From Lama glama (Eukaryota): a stretch of DNA of 64,000 nucleotides. Numbering within the stretch: the stretch's first letter is position 1; every line of letters starts with the position of its first letter. The stretch covers positions 91,018,001-91,082,000 of the forward strand of contig CM052816.1 of NCBI GenBank assembly GCA_028534125.1, in the 5' to 3' direction. A model generated the notes under the pieces. That model did not search any database and was not told the DNA's origin. It was given only the letters and a program-made list of their open reading frames with translations. Both the position numbers and the translations under genes were made by a program. Positions 37,301 to 52,000 of this stretch are shown one piece after another.

Positions 37301-38539
37301 GTCTGTAGTTGGTCCAGCTATTGGTTTATCACTGCCAGTATTTAGGTGAGGAGTCGGCCTGTCTGCTGTGTTGTTATAGCTCGTGCTTTAGATCTTCAGG
37401 GCAAGCTTGAAGCATTTCTTTTTGCCTTGCTTGCCCACTTGCCCGGTAAAAGCTGCCTGTGACTCTGGTGGTCCATTCTCTAGGTGGGTGGAACTGAACA
37501 CAGGGCTTCCGCGTGCCTCCACGGGGTACTTGCACAGACAGGTGCGTGAGCAGCACCCCCAGGAATCGTGCAGGGAGGCTGCCCTGGCTGGCTCCCATGG
37601 GCTTGGCTGAGTCGTGCCCTGTGGGGTGGGTGGCAGGCCTGGCAGCTGACCTGCCTGTGCGGGAACTTGCAATCCTAGGCTGGGCTGGGCTTAATTGAAC
37701 TGAAAGGCCGAGAGAATTCATTCCTTGACCTCATTAGCACAGTGCTCAGAACGAATAGTGTCCTGACTTGTCACAGGCCAGGGTGCATCGTGTCAGGAGT
37801 GTCACTGTTTACGTTCTAGGTCTGGTTTGGAGCTGAATGCTACGTAGGTGCTGCTGTCAGCTGGTCGGCTTCCAAAAAGCCACACTGGCACTTTTGTTTG
37901 TTTTGCTGATCTGCGTGGCACTGAGCCCCTGGATGGGCATCCAGACCAGCAGGTGTCAGCCATAGCATGAATCTGTGAAAGTCACCGAGGACCCTAAGAG
38001 TAAAAGGAAAATCATCTAGGACCCCGAGCTTCCCAGTTCTTTGGAGGTCCTGATCTGCTTTCAGTACTTCAGACAGCTGGTGAAGAGGTTTATTTCTGTG
38101 GTCAAGTTGCACTAGGTCTGACCGAGTCAGCCATGCTGTTTATTTTGTTAGCAGCTAAAACCTTTCATGTTGATGGTGGATGAAGCAAAAGGCTGGAAAT
38201 CTTCACTCCAGTTTAACCACTTCTTTTTGTAGATGAAGAAATTGCGTCCCAAGGCCCCACAGTGAGCTGGTGACAACGCAGCCCCTTTAAAAACTGCACA
38301 GCGCCCAGCGTCGAAGCAGTGAGCATGGGGAGACTTAGGAAGGCGGAGTCATGGTCTTCCCGAGGGCAGGCTCGCCCCGCGTATTTTACAGGCCTGCATG
38401 GAGACACTACTGAGTTGATCTAACCACATCTTTGGGGATCTTGAGGGTCTAGATCTCCCCAGGAATTGCCAGGCCCCTCAGAAACTGTGAGCTCACTGTG
38501 AGCTTCAGGCCTGTGCTCCAGACGCACTCTCCCTTCTTC

Positions 38540-39336
38540 TTCTTTTTTTTTTTTATTGAAGTATAGTCAGTTTACAATGTTGTGTTAGTTTCTGGTATAC
38601 AGCATAGTGATTCAGTGATACATATATATATGTATTCCTTTTCATATTCTTTCTCATTATAGGCAATTATAAGATATTGAATATAGTTCCCTGTGCTCCA
38701 CAGTAGGACCTTGTTGTTTGTCTATTTTATATATAGCAGTTAGTGTCTGCAAATCCCAAACTCCCAATTTATCCCTTCCCACCCCCTTCCCCCACTGGTA
38801 ACCATAAGTTTGTTTTCTGTATCTGTGAGCCAGTTTCTGTTTTGTAAATAAGTTCATTTGAGTCATTTTCTTTAGAGTCCATATATAAGTGATATCATAT
38901 GATATTTTTCTTTCTCTTTCTGGCTTATTTCACATAGTATGACGATCTCCAGGTCCATCCATGTTGCTGCAAATGGCACCACCATTTTATTTTTTATGGC
39001 TGAATAGTATTCCACTGTATACCTATATGACAACTTCTTTATCCAGTCATCTGTCAATGGACATTTAGGTTGTTTCCATGTCTTGGCTATTGTAAATAGT
39101 GCTGCTTTGAACACTGGGGTGCATGTATCTTCTTGAATTTGAGCTTTCTCCAGATATATGCCCAGGAGTGGGATTGTTGGATCATAGGGTAACTCTAGTT
39201 TTAGTTTTTATGGAATCTCCATACTGCTTTTCATTATGGCACCAAACTACATTCTTACCAGCAGGGCAGGAGTGTTCTCTTTTCTCCACACCCTTTCCAG
39301 CATTTATCATTTGTGGACTTTTTAATGATGGCTATT
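38540..39336 (-). mobile_element. 5'-truncated L1 (ORF2 end plus 3' UTR)
   Basis: Reverse ORF 'AALFTIAKTWKQPKCPLTDDWIKK...PFAATWMDLEIVIL'; poly(T) at ~38543. Confidence 0.93.
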
Positions 39337-41234
39337 CTTCTTACCTTCTGTCAAATGAACCAGAGGTTGTAACAGTCGCTTTGACAAAAGGGGACTTTCT
39401 CCCACTCTCAGGAGTAATGGCTTATGTTTGACCACATCTACTCAAAACAAGATGTTTGCCATCCAACTTACAGAACACCACCTTCTTTCAAACAATGAGG
39501 GTAACTCCATCCTGGGAGACCTTTCATAGGGAGAATTCTTGTCACTTGGAAATGCATTCATTATTAAAAGGAAATATTTTTATATGTTCCTGAACTACAG
39601 ATTGATAAGTTTGCTAAAATACCACCAAGATCTGTTAAAATCAACATCAACATGGTCGCTTTAATAGTTACATTTGTTATCAAACACAGTTTAAGGGCTC
39701 TTTCGCTGTTAATAAACTTTCTTGGAAGGAGCTGTAGACTTCGTCTCTTCCAGCTCGCCTGTCGCTGGTACACGTAATACAGGGTGTTCACAAACTAAAA
39801 ACATGCAGGTACCCAGTGTTTAAAAGAATTCAGGCTTTCATGGGAAATAAAGTATAAAAGTAAGGACCAAAGCTATCTATCCAAACAGCAGGGTTTAGGA
39901 CAGAAGACCACAGCAGCTACAGACTTGTCCAGCCCCAGTACCCTGAGAGGGGAATGTCACCAGGAGTCAGAAGAGGGCTTTGTGGACTCTCATTTTGGGC
40001 TCAGTTGCTCCTGAGTTGCATAAAATCCAAAGCCATCTTTGTAAGTGGAGGAAATGGCTCATAAGCTGGAGGAAGGGACATTATCTGAAATTCCTCCTGC
40101 GGTTCAATTCCCGTACTGTGAATAGATATATCTTGGGGAATTGACTGTCACATGGAAACCTTACTTCTTCTATTGACTCATCTTTTTAGAAACGAATATA
40201 TATTTTCTTGGTACATTTTATGAATTTTATTTCCAGATACCATTGGGGTAAATTAAAAACAACAGTTTGCCTCGTTATGTCGTGTGTAATGTCAGAAGGT
40301 TTTAGTGAGGGACTTTAACCAGTTTACTATCATAGTTTATGAAAAAGTGGTACCTATAAACTTTTAACCATTTTCTTATAAATGATATCTAAATATTTAA
40401 AGATATTTACAGTAGAGTTTCACTTTTGGCTCAAATTCTAAGTTCATTAGAATAGATTAAAAAAATATATAATCCAGTGGAAATGGAACACATGATCTGT
40501 AAACTGCTTTCCTGTTTCTTTAACCCACATGTGTTAGTGAATGCTAGCTTTCATTTATCAAAGTGGAAACTGATAATTTCCAGTAGAAATTATGACTTTT
40601 AATAACATCACTGAAGATTTCAGCTTTGATGTTGCCCCTAGGAGCTCGGCTGGTGCAGACAGGTGTAGGTCTTAAGGCTTTGTGAGCCCGTGATTGCTTG
40701 CCAGGTGCCTACGGCATTCAAAAGCGTGGCTGTTAACAAAAGAACCATTCTTGGATATTGTCCCCGGAATATCAGTGATGATCTTTGCCTTCTAGTTAGA
40801 GGAACTCCCAGATGTCTAGAAAGAAGCCCAGGCACATATTGGCTGTGGGTGTGAACATGGTGGCTTAGACCTGAACCACCCTCCGGGGATGAGGCGCCTG
40901 CATTGGCCAGAGCACCATCCATCCTCCTTGACCTGATTAACCACATCACTGCAACAGGGCTTTATTTAGCACAGTGGCAAGTTTGGAGAGCCAGACTGAC
41001 TTCCCTCAAAGAGATACAAATTAACCTAAGCCAAGGTCCAAGGGCCATCCACGTTATGAGAAGTTTTTGCTTCTCAAAAGTTCTCCAAAAACTATAGACA
41101 TTTTCATGCTCCCCATGTGTGTGTGTTTTTTTTTTTTCCGTTTTGGCAAGCTGTTGCTGTTCTGATAGTGTGCTGTAGGGAGCTCATGATTAATGAGTAC
41201 GTTAATTACATGCATGATTATTTAATTACGTTAA

Positions 41235-41520
41235 TTGACTCATTCATTCAACAAATATGGAATGAGCAACAATCACAGACGCATTTATCCAGCACCTGCG
41301 ATTGGCCAGGTAGTGACCTCGTGTGCGGGTGACATTGGTGAACAGGAGAAAGGGGGCCTTCTGTCATGGAGCTTACGGTTTGGTGTCAGGAGGAGCAAAT
41401 GAGAAACAAATGAACACACCAGCGAATATACAAGTAGCAATCAAGATGAGTGCTGGGAAAGCAGTGGGGTGACAAGTCTGATCACCGCTGGCCAAGGAGA
41501 CTGGTTTTCAGGGCTGTGTG
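41235..41520 (-). mobile_element. L2 3' fragment
   Basis: 'ctcattcattcaacaaatat' tail and 'cttctgtcatggagcttacgg'. Confidence 0.6.
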
Positions 41521-44500
41521 GTTACTGAGTGTGACCACTGTCCCCGGGACATTATCTTGACTCACTCTTGTGCCTTTGCCAAGCTTTTCAAAAAAATGCC
41601 TTTTGCCAAGGAACCCCCATTCTCCTTTATCAGAGTAGCCAACCCCTTTGGGTTGAAGCAGATTCGAAGTTCTGATGTAGATGCCTGCAGAGTTGGGGTC
41701 ACTTTTAAAAGACCTGTTAACAGGTAACTGAGGAACTGAAGACACGTCTCTGTCATCTGTAAGCAGTTTTACCTCGAGGTCCCTTCTCATCTGATTGAAA
41801 TGTGGATCCTCCTCTGTCCAAGGCTCCCTGTGCTTGTGGACTGGTTTGTGGTTGAGGCATTTTCTTTTATTGTTGATGTTCAGCCTTGAATGTGATAGAC
41901 ACAGAAGCTGAGTGGCGCGTTGGGGGCGCTTAAGGAGGAACCGTCCCCTCCGCTCATTACGTCAGCTGTTTCCCTGTCCCTTGTTCCCTGCGCTGTTTTT
42001 CACGGGTGTCGCCTGTTGTTTGGAGAGTTAGTTTGGCCCTGAAACTCTCGGGTGGGATTCCCAGGAGGACGTGTGTTTTCCGTTGGAGGCTGGTTAGGGC
42101 CGCGCGGTGGGGGGACGGCTTTGTCTCCCTTGTTTAATTAGAGAGTCGTCGGGCTGTTCCTGCCACCGTGCTGGGTGCCCGCAGGGGCAGGGGAGTGGGC
42201 AGACCGGCGGGCGAAGCCGGCATCTTCTAGCTACCCACAGGATTTCACAGCGTGGGTGATCACCGGGCTGTGCTTGGCTCCTCCCCGTAACACTTCCAAT
42301 CACCATTCTCCTGGCTTCCTGTCTTAGAGCTCCTTTTTGGCAAACAGTGAAAAGCATTAAAAGCAAATAGACGCCCCCCGAGACTCAGCGTTTCACAGAT
42401 CATCACTGCGGCTCTCAGAGGGAGCTGGGGGGTCGCCTGTGACATTCGCTGCCCCCTTACTTGCCGGCTCTGTTCCACGGATTGATTCCTTTCATAGTAA
42501 GAAGACAAGGAATGTTCACTGTTGGTTTGTCTTCTCTCATCGGGGTGAAGAGGGGTCTTCCTGATGAGGAAGTAGGAGGCTCAGACCCTCAAGAGGTCAC
42601 CTCAGACCAAATTTACAGCTGTCCTCTTGCATTGCAACTCGGTTTGAGTTCTTGTGGGCTACCTTAAACCCGAGTAACCACCTGTTCTTTATTTTCCCTT
42701 TGCCAATTTCCTTACCTTTTAATTTTTGTTCTGTGCTATAGTAGACATTTAAGTTCTCTCTTGCTTTTTAGCCTGAGATAGAGTAGAAATAAATGCTCAC
42801 GGAGGCAGACAAGTATATGCATGTGTGTGTGGGGGGGGGCTAAGGAGGAGGGGTGAACTAGAGGTGAGCTAGCTTCTAGCAAGATGAACCCAGTTAAGGG
42901 ACTTAATCTTTCTGAGCTTCAGTTGGCCCCTCTGTCAAGAGCAGTAAGAGCAGCAGTCAGGCCTGTGGACACGCCACCCCCCGTCTGCAGCGCCCCCGCC
43001 GTGAACGTGCTCAGGCCACTGCCCCTGCCCTGCGGTTCCTTTTCAGAATCACAATTTCCCACTTAAAAATGCCCTATTACATTTTTTCTTACTCCTTGTT
43101 TGTGCTATATACTGAAAGTTATTTTGAAAATCGCAAAATGTAACACAAGAAGGCACTAAAGTATTATTTCAAATTAAAGTAAGTTCATAGGTGATGGAGG
43201 CCTGATCTGTGAATTCGCTTGCACCTCGGAGGGCAGGTCCCACTAGTCCACCTGAACAGGACGGATGGTTCCAGTGGGAGCAGCTCTCCTGCCGGCGTGT
43301 CCCACCCCTCCGTCTGAGCGGAGAGCGGACACTCTGGCCGGCCCCTCACACCCTGCTGCGGGAGCCTGGAGGTCTCAGGACCTGGGCTGGAGGCGGGGGA
43401 CCCTGAATAATTGAGGGCCATCCAGAGAGAATCATTCTCATCCCAGGTTTACTCTCGCTTTGGAATGTTCCAGAAACACAGTCTGGGGAATTTTGAAGAC
43501 AGGGGCCCATGGAGCAGCTGCCAGTCCTCTCTCCTGCTTCGTGCCCTGATGCACAGACATCTTGTCTCTCTATATTTCCATCTCCATCTCTGTTTTCTCT
43601 TCTAATTGGATCCATAGGAAAGAACCCAAAAAGGCTTTCCTGCCTGGATGGTACAACACAGTCGCCGGCCTGGAGGTGGCCCTGCCAATCAGAATCTAGC
43701 TGGACAGTGGTCGCTGGCATGTGGGCCTGGGGCGGGTGTTCCCAATGCAGAACACTGGTGCCTGGATGTTTGCTGCTCTTTGTCCTGGTCTCAGGTCTGG
43801 CGGCAGAGTGTCGAGGGTCATGGCTCCCCAGCATTGGGAGTTTCAGCCTCCATTCTCCCCTCTGCCAGCATTTAGAAGGACATTGCCTGGACACGCCACA
43901 CACACTTTTTTTCTTTTTAAGATCAGGCTTTGAAAACATTTCCCACCCTGTGTTGGTCAGGGGAGCCACACCAAGCAGGATTATAATCTCCAGCTTTGAA
44001 TGACCTGTCCGGTGTTGCCTTTCATAGGGACAGACACCCGTGTGTGTCACCACTGTCCTGCCACCTGAATGTATCTGTGGAAACTGTGACAAAAAGAGTC
44101 CACATCTAGTTCTTGGTATTCTGTGGTTTTTTGAACATTTTGGCATCAAATAAGAAAAGCAGGTGATGTTTTCCTGGGACGACTACTGGATGTGGTGTCC
44201 CTGGTGTTAAGGGAATGTTTGTGTGGGGAGGCGCTCACCCGTGTTCTTGGAGGGGCGTGTTCATAGACAGGGTGACCCTGGGTCAACCCTGCTGACCAGA
44301 GTGGCTTTAGGACACCTCAGCCCCGTGGGGTGGACAGGGCCAACTGCTCGTTCACCCTGACCTACCTGTGCTGGAAAAGCCGCCGTTCTCTCCGGCCGCT
44401 GCACTCGGTGAGCAGAGAGACCAAGGCTGGACAGCTGAATAAACTGAAGAAACTGCGTGGACTGGAACAAACAGGCTACTTAAGATCAGAGAGACCACAA

Positions 44501-45309
44501 TATCTGACGTAGAGGTAGACCTTGGAGTGCACACTTCGGTCCAGACACTTGGCCCCAGTCCTAGTTCTGGAACGTGGGGGTCTCAGACTGGGAGGAGAGG
44601 GTCTGGGCTGTGTGAAATCTTGACAGGGAATGGCCATTCCAGGAGGCCCGTCTGTATATGACCATGATTGTGGACAATGTGTTACTAGGGTCTGATCAAG
44701 GTTCATTCTAGGAAGGGATTGACTGGAAGCTAGGGAGGCAGAGCCTTGGCAGGGTAGGGATGGCCTGGAGAACCGGGCCGACCAACAGGACAGAACCAAG
44801 GTGGGGCAGGTGCCACATGGAGGCTGTGGGGCTGGGGTCCAGTTCCTCATGTTCTCGGGTTTTGGGGTTGGAGATGGAGGAAGGAGAGGATCATCTACAC
44901 GGTGGCACTGCTGTCAGTCTCGGTACTGCAGGGTGACTGAATTCCTTTTTGGGACCCTGGCCAGGTGATTGGACTGGGGTCTTGAATGGAATGTGGAGAT
45001 GAGCTGATGAGTGACTCCAGCTGAATGGACATGTAAGAGGCAGAAGCCCATGTGACAGTTGCTCTTTCAGCCCTGCTCTCTAGAACATTCCAATGTTTTA
45101 GATTGGTTGGTTAAAGCAGGATGCCAAGGGATTCCATAAATGGTGTACAAATAGATCAGGGGACTTGGAATCAAGAAGACCCAACCCTTTCCAATATGGG
45201 CTGCATGGTTTTAGACACACTGCTCCAACCTAGTCTATTTATGAGTGTACAGTTACCACATAGCCAACTTCATCGGGTTGTGCAGGAGCATTAAAGGAGA
45301 TGAAGACGT

Positions 45310-45569
45310 AGAAAACAGACTTACGGTTACCAAAGGGGAAAGTGGGGGGAGGGGTAAATTAGGAGTGTGGGATTAACAGGTATAAACTGCTACACATGAA
45401 ACAGCCACACAACAGGGATTTTCTGTATAACACAAGGAACTCTATTCAGTATCTTGTAATAACCTATAATGGAAAATAATCTGAAAAAAGTGTATATAAT
45501 GGAATCACTTTGCTGTACACCTGAAACTAACATGATACTGTAAATCAACTATACTTCAATAAACAACAT
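45310..45569 (+). mobile_element. L1 3' UTR inserted into a MIR
   Basis: TSD GAGATGAAGA(C/T)GT at 45297-45309 and 45570-45582; the flanks rejoin into MIR core-like sequence. Confidence 0.88.
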
Positions 45570-47137
45570 GAGATGAAGATGTGAAAGTTTCTAGCATAGA
45601 AAATCCTCATGACTCTGCAGCTTCTTTCTCGGATGTGCCCATAAAGGTTCTCTGAATTCAATACTGTGTGTCTGGCCCACCACCTCTACTAAGAAGAGCT
45701 AATCTCCTTAGAAGCCTCTTCAACCCCTGCCGCTGTGTCTTGTACCCAGTGTGTGCATTTACTTATTTGTGAAGGAAGAGGCCCCAGGTTCAGCTTGGAT
45801 TTGGGTCAGTTGTGTGCCATTGCTTCTGGGTTTACGGTTTATGGACTCTGAGAATGCTTGAATTGGAAATGCCTGGGGAGATCACTGCAGTTCATTGTTC
45901 TCCTGGCTCTGAATATGTAGACTTCTGTGCCTCACCTCAAGGTTTCTGCTCTCCTAGGTTCAGGGTGGGGCCCAGGAATTGGTGTTTTAAAAAAAGTGTC
46001 CTGAGTAATTCTGATGGTCAGTCAGTTTGGGGAAGCACTTATCTAGCCAGTGCCCACTTTAGCGATGAAAATACTAAGGCATCAGGAGGAGGACGTGGAG
46101 GTGTTTCTCACCCACTGTGCAAGTTGAGGCCATGTTTCAAACTCTGCAGATGCCACTGGGCCAATACACGGAATATCTCATTGTTATTTGCGTAAAAACC
46201 CCTGTAAGCCAAGTGGGCTGCCATGACAGCTGCTGCCTGACTTCATATTTATTTCTTTTCCCCCTCTCTGCTTCTGGTTTTCCCTGTCCCTGCTCTGTGC
46301 CCAGCCCTTCACCTCGTCCCTCTTACTCTCCTGTGCTCCGTTGCAGTGCATGACTTTGATCTGACCTCCTTTCTCCTTCTGGCTCCTTTCTGTGACTGAA
46401 TCTGGGAGTTAGTATTTCACTTACTGGGAGCTCAGCTGAAATGGGCTGTACAGGCTGACTCACCCACCCTGCTTGGAAGTCAGCAGTGACCACGTGGGAC
46501 AGGTGCCAGGCAAGGTGGATGGACAGACGCCTTGTGTATGACTAGGTGGCGCTAACGAGCCCATTGCACCGCCCGGCGCTCCTGACTTGATACGCCTGCT
46601 GCTCTTCTCAATTCCAAGGCAGAGCTGGGGTGGAGTGGGCATGATTTTGCTTTGCCTTGACCTCGAATGGACTTGGTTCTACTCCAACCATGCCCTTGGC
46701 TTCTCCCACTCTCTAGGCTCAAGAACACAAACTCCCCGCTGCTCCTCCACACTGTCTTGTGGTTTCTCCACCAGGCCTTGCTGAGCTGGGCACATTCCCT
46801 GAATTCACTGGATTATCACCACGGGTTTCTGCGGGAGCCAGTCCGAGTCCCTCCTCCACTGCAGTGGACCCTTTCTGATCACTACAGTCTACCCCTGCCT
46901 ATGGGTAGATCCCAAAATTTCTCATCTCCCTGTGCAAAGAAACTCACCTCTTTATTTTTCTTCGTTTCTTCCCTCTCTTGCTCTTCATTCACTTTTTTTG
47001 GGTCATCCCAAGTACAGAAGCACTTCTCTGGGAAAAAGACTCCTGAGTTTAATTTAGTCTCTGACTTGCCATTAATCGAGTCATTATCTCACTCCTTTGC
47101 ATGATTACCCTCTTCTTTCCAAATTACTTAAAAACCA

Positions 47138-47300
47138 TGTATTTTGTTGATTTATAAGAAATATAACCCCCCTCTCCTTGACATACTTTCACTTTTAAAC
47201 AGGTTTGAAATTGGGATGCGTCTTACAGTTTGGAGGGTCATAGTTTATTTGGCAGTGCTATTTTTCCCCTTAATGGCGTGTAGTTTAATTTTACATAACA
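47138..47300 (+). mobile_element. Kanga/MER104-like TcMar-Tc2 fragment
   Basis: 'tgaaattgggatgcgtcttaca' motif. Confidence 0.45.
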
Positions 47301-49018
47301 CCGTCAAACAGTATTTTTGTGGAATCTGTATTTATAAAGGCCAAAAAAAAAATTAAAGCCAACTTTAGTGGTGATTCAGAATTTTGTGATATTAAGGAAG
47401 GTGGATGCTAGTATGCCTAACTCTTGAGAAGATGACAGAATTATTTACCAGCGAAATGTGATCTGCATTTTGAATCATGCTGGATAAATCATAGGAGGCC
47501 CTTCTTTTTTAAAGCCACCAAAAATACTAAATAAAGCCAGTGTACACCAAGGACTCCATGTAGCAAAGTCTATGGTTCTAAATATCTCTGTAAAGGAACA
47601 TGAAACCTTCTTAGACCTCTGTTTTGAAAGAGCTACAAAGCAAATACTGCACATTAATTCCTGCATCAGAGTTACGGACAGTTCTAGTGCTTTTGTCCAC
47701 GGGCTGATTTTCTGTGAAGACAAAAAAACGTATATTTTAGCTGTTGACACCTTTCATTTCGTAGTACAAAGTGGATTACGCTTTACCCAGAAATAAGGGT
47801 TAGATTTTTACACATGGGGTGAACTAAATACTGTCTTTTTCATCTACGACCAAAGAAGTTTTCACTCTTTCCTTTGTAAACTCTCCCTTTCTTTGCTTTA
47901 TAAGAAATGTATCCTGTTGAGCTATTTAATTTGGCCTTGCAAAACTCATCATGAAGTAATGGAAGATTTAGTGATCTTTTCCTTATTGAATAGACAACGA
48001 AAATATTTTTTTTTAAAGAGATTTGTAATTAGCTGCTGAGTGGAGTTCCACAGAAGGTTGCTGTGGTGCCTCCACCTCCTTTTCCATCTTGTTAGTTGTC
48101 CACATGGCCCAGGGCCCGTTCAGGCTCTGGCCAGCCTGGCCCCACTGCTCCAATCCCGAGCCCGAACAGGCACCCCCAGAGCCCCACACGCATCCAGAGT
48201 GCTGGAGACCAGTAGAGGGACAGGGAAGAGCTGCGGTCCTGAGTGATTCGTGCACAGAAAGCTGAGACGATGGATTACCTGCGTGGAATTTCGTTTCCAG
48301 CCTGTCTTTTTCCTTGTTGATCATCTTCATAGAGTGAGGACCCAGCTTTCCTGTATGTGGCTTATGGGCAGCAAATGCAGGCTAATTTGATATTAGTCAA
48401 AGCCATAATTTGATAGGAAATTTTTCTATTTAAAATCACAGTGCATTCCAAAATGGACATAATTCAGGCATTCCCTAGTCCCCTCTTTTTTTTTTTTTAA
48501 CCTTTAGGAGAGGGTTGACCCTTATAGTCTTTCAGGTTTTCTCTGGACCCTTGCCTGTTTTCCTTACACCCTCCTTCGTCTCTGAATGTGTGGATTGGGT
48601 CTAATTTCTTAGCTGACCCAGATAACAGGGGAGAGAAAGTGCTATAAACCATCCCGACAATACCAAGTGGGCTGTGGCAGTTGGTAACTTGAAAACTAGA
48701 TTAAAATTCAAAATAATGTAACCGACCCAGACAATAAGAGAAGAAAGTGCAGAAGAAATAAAAGCAGTTAGAAAAAAGCAAATAGACAAAGCTTATCCAG
48801 TAGAAAAATGAATCAGAAACAATGCCATGCAAACATGGCCAGAAATCATCCGTGTTGTAATTATCACAAGCTGAACATGAGTCAGCTGGGTAATGTGGTA
48901 TTTTTAAAGCAGTCATCACCCTGGGATCTAGAAATTGGACACAGCTTGTTAAAGAAAGTGCCCATGGTGATTTGCAGAACTTTACCTTTCCAGTAGCAGC
49001 TAAATAACACAGAATGTC

Positions 49019-52000
49019 TTTTTTTTTAAGTTGAAGTATAGTTACTTACAATGTTGTGTTAGTTTCTGGTGTACAGCATAGTGATTCAGTTATATATATC
49101 TGTATCTATATCTATATCTGTATCTATATCTATATTTATATCTATATTCTTTTCCTATTTTTTCATTATAGGTTATTACAAGCTGTTGAATATAATTCCC
49201 TGTGATTTACAGTAAGACCTTGTTGTTTCTCTATTTTGTGTACAGTGGTTTTTATCTGCTCATCCCAGACTCCTAATTTATGCCCCTCACCTTTCCCTTT
49301 GGTAACCATGTTTGTTTTCTATGTCGGTGAGTCTGTTTCTGTTTCATAAATAAGTTCATTTGTGTCATTTTTTAAAGATTCCACGTGTAACTGATATATT
49401 ATTTATCTTCCTTTGTCTGATTTACTTCACTTAGTATGATAATCTCTAGGTCCATCCGTGTTGCTGCAAATGGCATTGTTTCACTCTTTTTTATGGCTGA
49501 GTAGTATTCCATTGTATATGTAAACCACATCTTTATCCATTCATCTGTTGATGGGCATTTAGGTTGTTTCCATGTCTTGGCTGTTGTAAATAGTGCTGCT
49601 GTGAACATTGGAATGCATATATCTTTTGCATTAGAGTTTTCTCTGGATATATGCCCAGGAGTGGGATTGCTGGAGCACATCATAAGTCTACTTTGAGTTT
49701 TTAAGGAATCTCCGTACTGTTTTCCATAGTGACTGCACCAAATTTACATTCCCACCAGCAGTGTAGGAGGGTTCCCTTTTCTTCATACCCTCTCCACCAT
49801 TTATTATTTGTGGACTTTTTAATGATGGCCATTCTGACCAGTGTGAGATGATACTTCATTGTTCTTTTGATTTGCATTTCTCTGATAATTAGTGACATCA
49901 AGCATTTTTCCATGTGCCTTTTGGCCAACTGTCTGTCTGTCTTTGGAGAAATGCCTGTTTAAGTCTACTGCCCATCTTTTGATTGGGTTGTCTGTTTTCT
50001 TGTTATTGAATTGTATGAGCTGTTTGTATATTCTAGAAGTTAGGCCCTTATCAGTTGCATTGTTTGCAAATATTTTCTCCCAGTCTGTAGGTTGTCTTTT
50101 CATTTTGCATATGGTTTTCTTTGCTGTGCAAAAGTGTATAAGTTTAATTAGGTCCCATTTGTTTATTTTCACTTTTATTTCTATTGCCTTGGTAGACTGA
50201 CCTAGGAAAACATTGCTGCAGTTTGTGTTAGAGAATATTTTACCTGTGTTTTCTTCTAGGAGATTTATGGTGTCCTGTGTTATATTTAAGTCTTATGTTG
50301 AGTCTTTAAGCCATTCTGAGTTTATTTTTGTGTGTGGTGTGAGGGAGTGTTCTAACTTCATTGATATACATGTTGCTGTCCAGCTTTCCTGACACCACTT
50401 GCCAAAGAGACTGTCTTTTCTCCATTGTATATTCTTGCCTCTTTTGTTGAAGATTAATTGACTGTAGATGTTTGGTATTTTTTCTGAGCTCTCTAGTCTG
50501 TTCCATTGATCCATATGTCTGTTTTTGTGCCAGGACCATGCTGTTTTGATGACTGTAGCTCTGCAGTATTGTCTGAAGTCTGGGAGGGTTATGCCTCTAG
50601 CTTCCTTCTTTTTCTTCAGTATTGCTTTCCAATTCTGAGTCTTTTGTGATTCCATATATATTTTAGGATTATTTGTTCTAGTTCTGTGAAAAATGTCCTG
50701 GGTAATTTGATAGGGATCTCATTAAATCTGTAGATTGCTTTGGGTGGTATGGCCATTTTAACAATTCTTCCAATACAAAAGCATGTGACATCTTTCAATT
50801 TCTTTAAATAATCTTTAATTCCCTTTATCAGTGTTTTATAGTTCTCTGCATGTAAGACTTCCACCTCCTTGGTCGGGTTTATTCCTAAGTTTTTTTTTTT
50901 TTTTTTGATGCAATTTTAAAAGGGATTTTTTTTTTAACTTACCTTTTCTGGTATTTTATTGTTAGTGTAAAGAGATGCAACAGATTTTTGTATGTTAATC
51001 TTGTAACCTGCTATCTTGCTGAATTTGTTTATCAACTCTGGTAGTTTTTGTGTGGGGCCTTTAGGATTTTCTATAAATAGTATCATGTCATCTGCATATA
51101 GTGACAGTTTTACCTCTTCCCTTCCAATTTGGATCCCTTTTATTTCTTTTTCTTGTCTGATTGCTATGGCTACTTTCAATACTATGTTGAATAGAAGTGG
51201 TGATAGTGGGCATCCTTGTCTTGTGCCAGATTTTAGTTGGAAGGCTTTCAACTTTTCACCATTGAGTATTATGCTGGCTGTGGGTTTGTCCTAAATAGCT
51301 TTTATTATTTTGAGATATGTTTCCTCTGTACCCACTATGGTAAGAGTTTTTATCATAAATGTGTGTTGAATTTTATCAAATGCTTTTTCTGCATCTTTTG
51401 AGATAATCATGTGGTTTTTGTCCTTTCTTTTGTTGATGTGATGTTTCACATTGATTGATATGTGTATCATATCCTTGTGACCTTGGGATGAATAAGACTT
51501 GGTCACAGTGTACGATCTTTTTTGTGTGCTGTTGGATTCAATTTGCTAATATTTTGTTGAGAGTTTTTTGCATCTTTGTTTATCAAAGATATTGGCCTGT
51601 AATTTTCTTTTCTGGTAGTGTCTTTGCCTGGTTGCATTTCAGGGTGATGGTGGCTTCATAGAGTTAGTTTGAAAGTATTCCCTCCTTTTCAGTCTTTTGG
51701 AAGAGTTTGAGAAGGATTGGTATAAATTCTTCTTTGTATGTTTGGTAGAATTCCCCGGTGAAGCCAACTCATCCTGGACTTTTGTTTGCAGGGTTTTTTT
51801 TTTTTTTAATTACAGATTCTATTTCACTTCTAATAATCAGTCTGTTCATCTGCTTAAATTATCTGTTTCTTCTTGATTTAATTTTGGTGAACTGCATGTT
51901 TCTAGAAACTTGTCCATTTCTTCTAGGTTGTCCAACTTGTTGCCATATAGTTGTTCATAGTCTTGTCTTAATGGCTTTTTGTATTTCTGTGGTATTGGTT

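Noticed and set aside
43346..44149. 267-aa reverse ORF and overlapping 164-aa forward ORF
   Set aside because: No recognisable homology, splice context or retrocopy hallmarks (poly-A tail, TSD).
47475..47796. Overlapping 74-91 aa ORFs in AT-rich intron, considered as a processed pseudogene
   Set aside because: No parent protein recognised and no poly-A tail or TSD. A blastx search would settle it.
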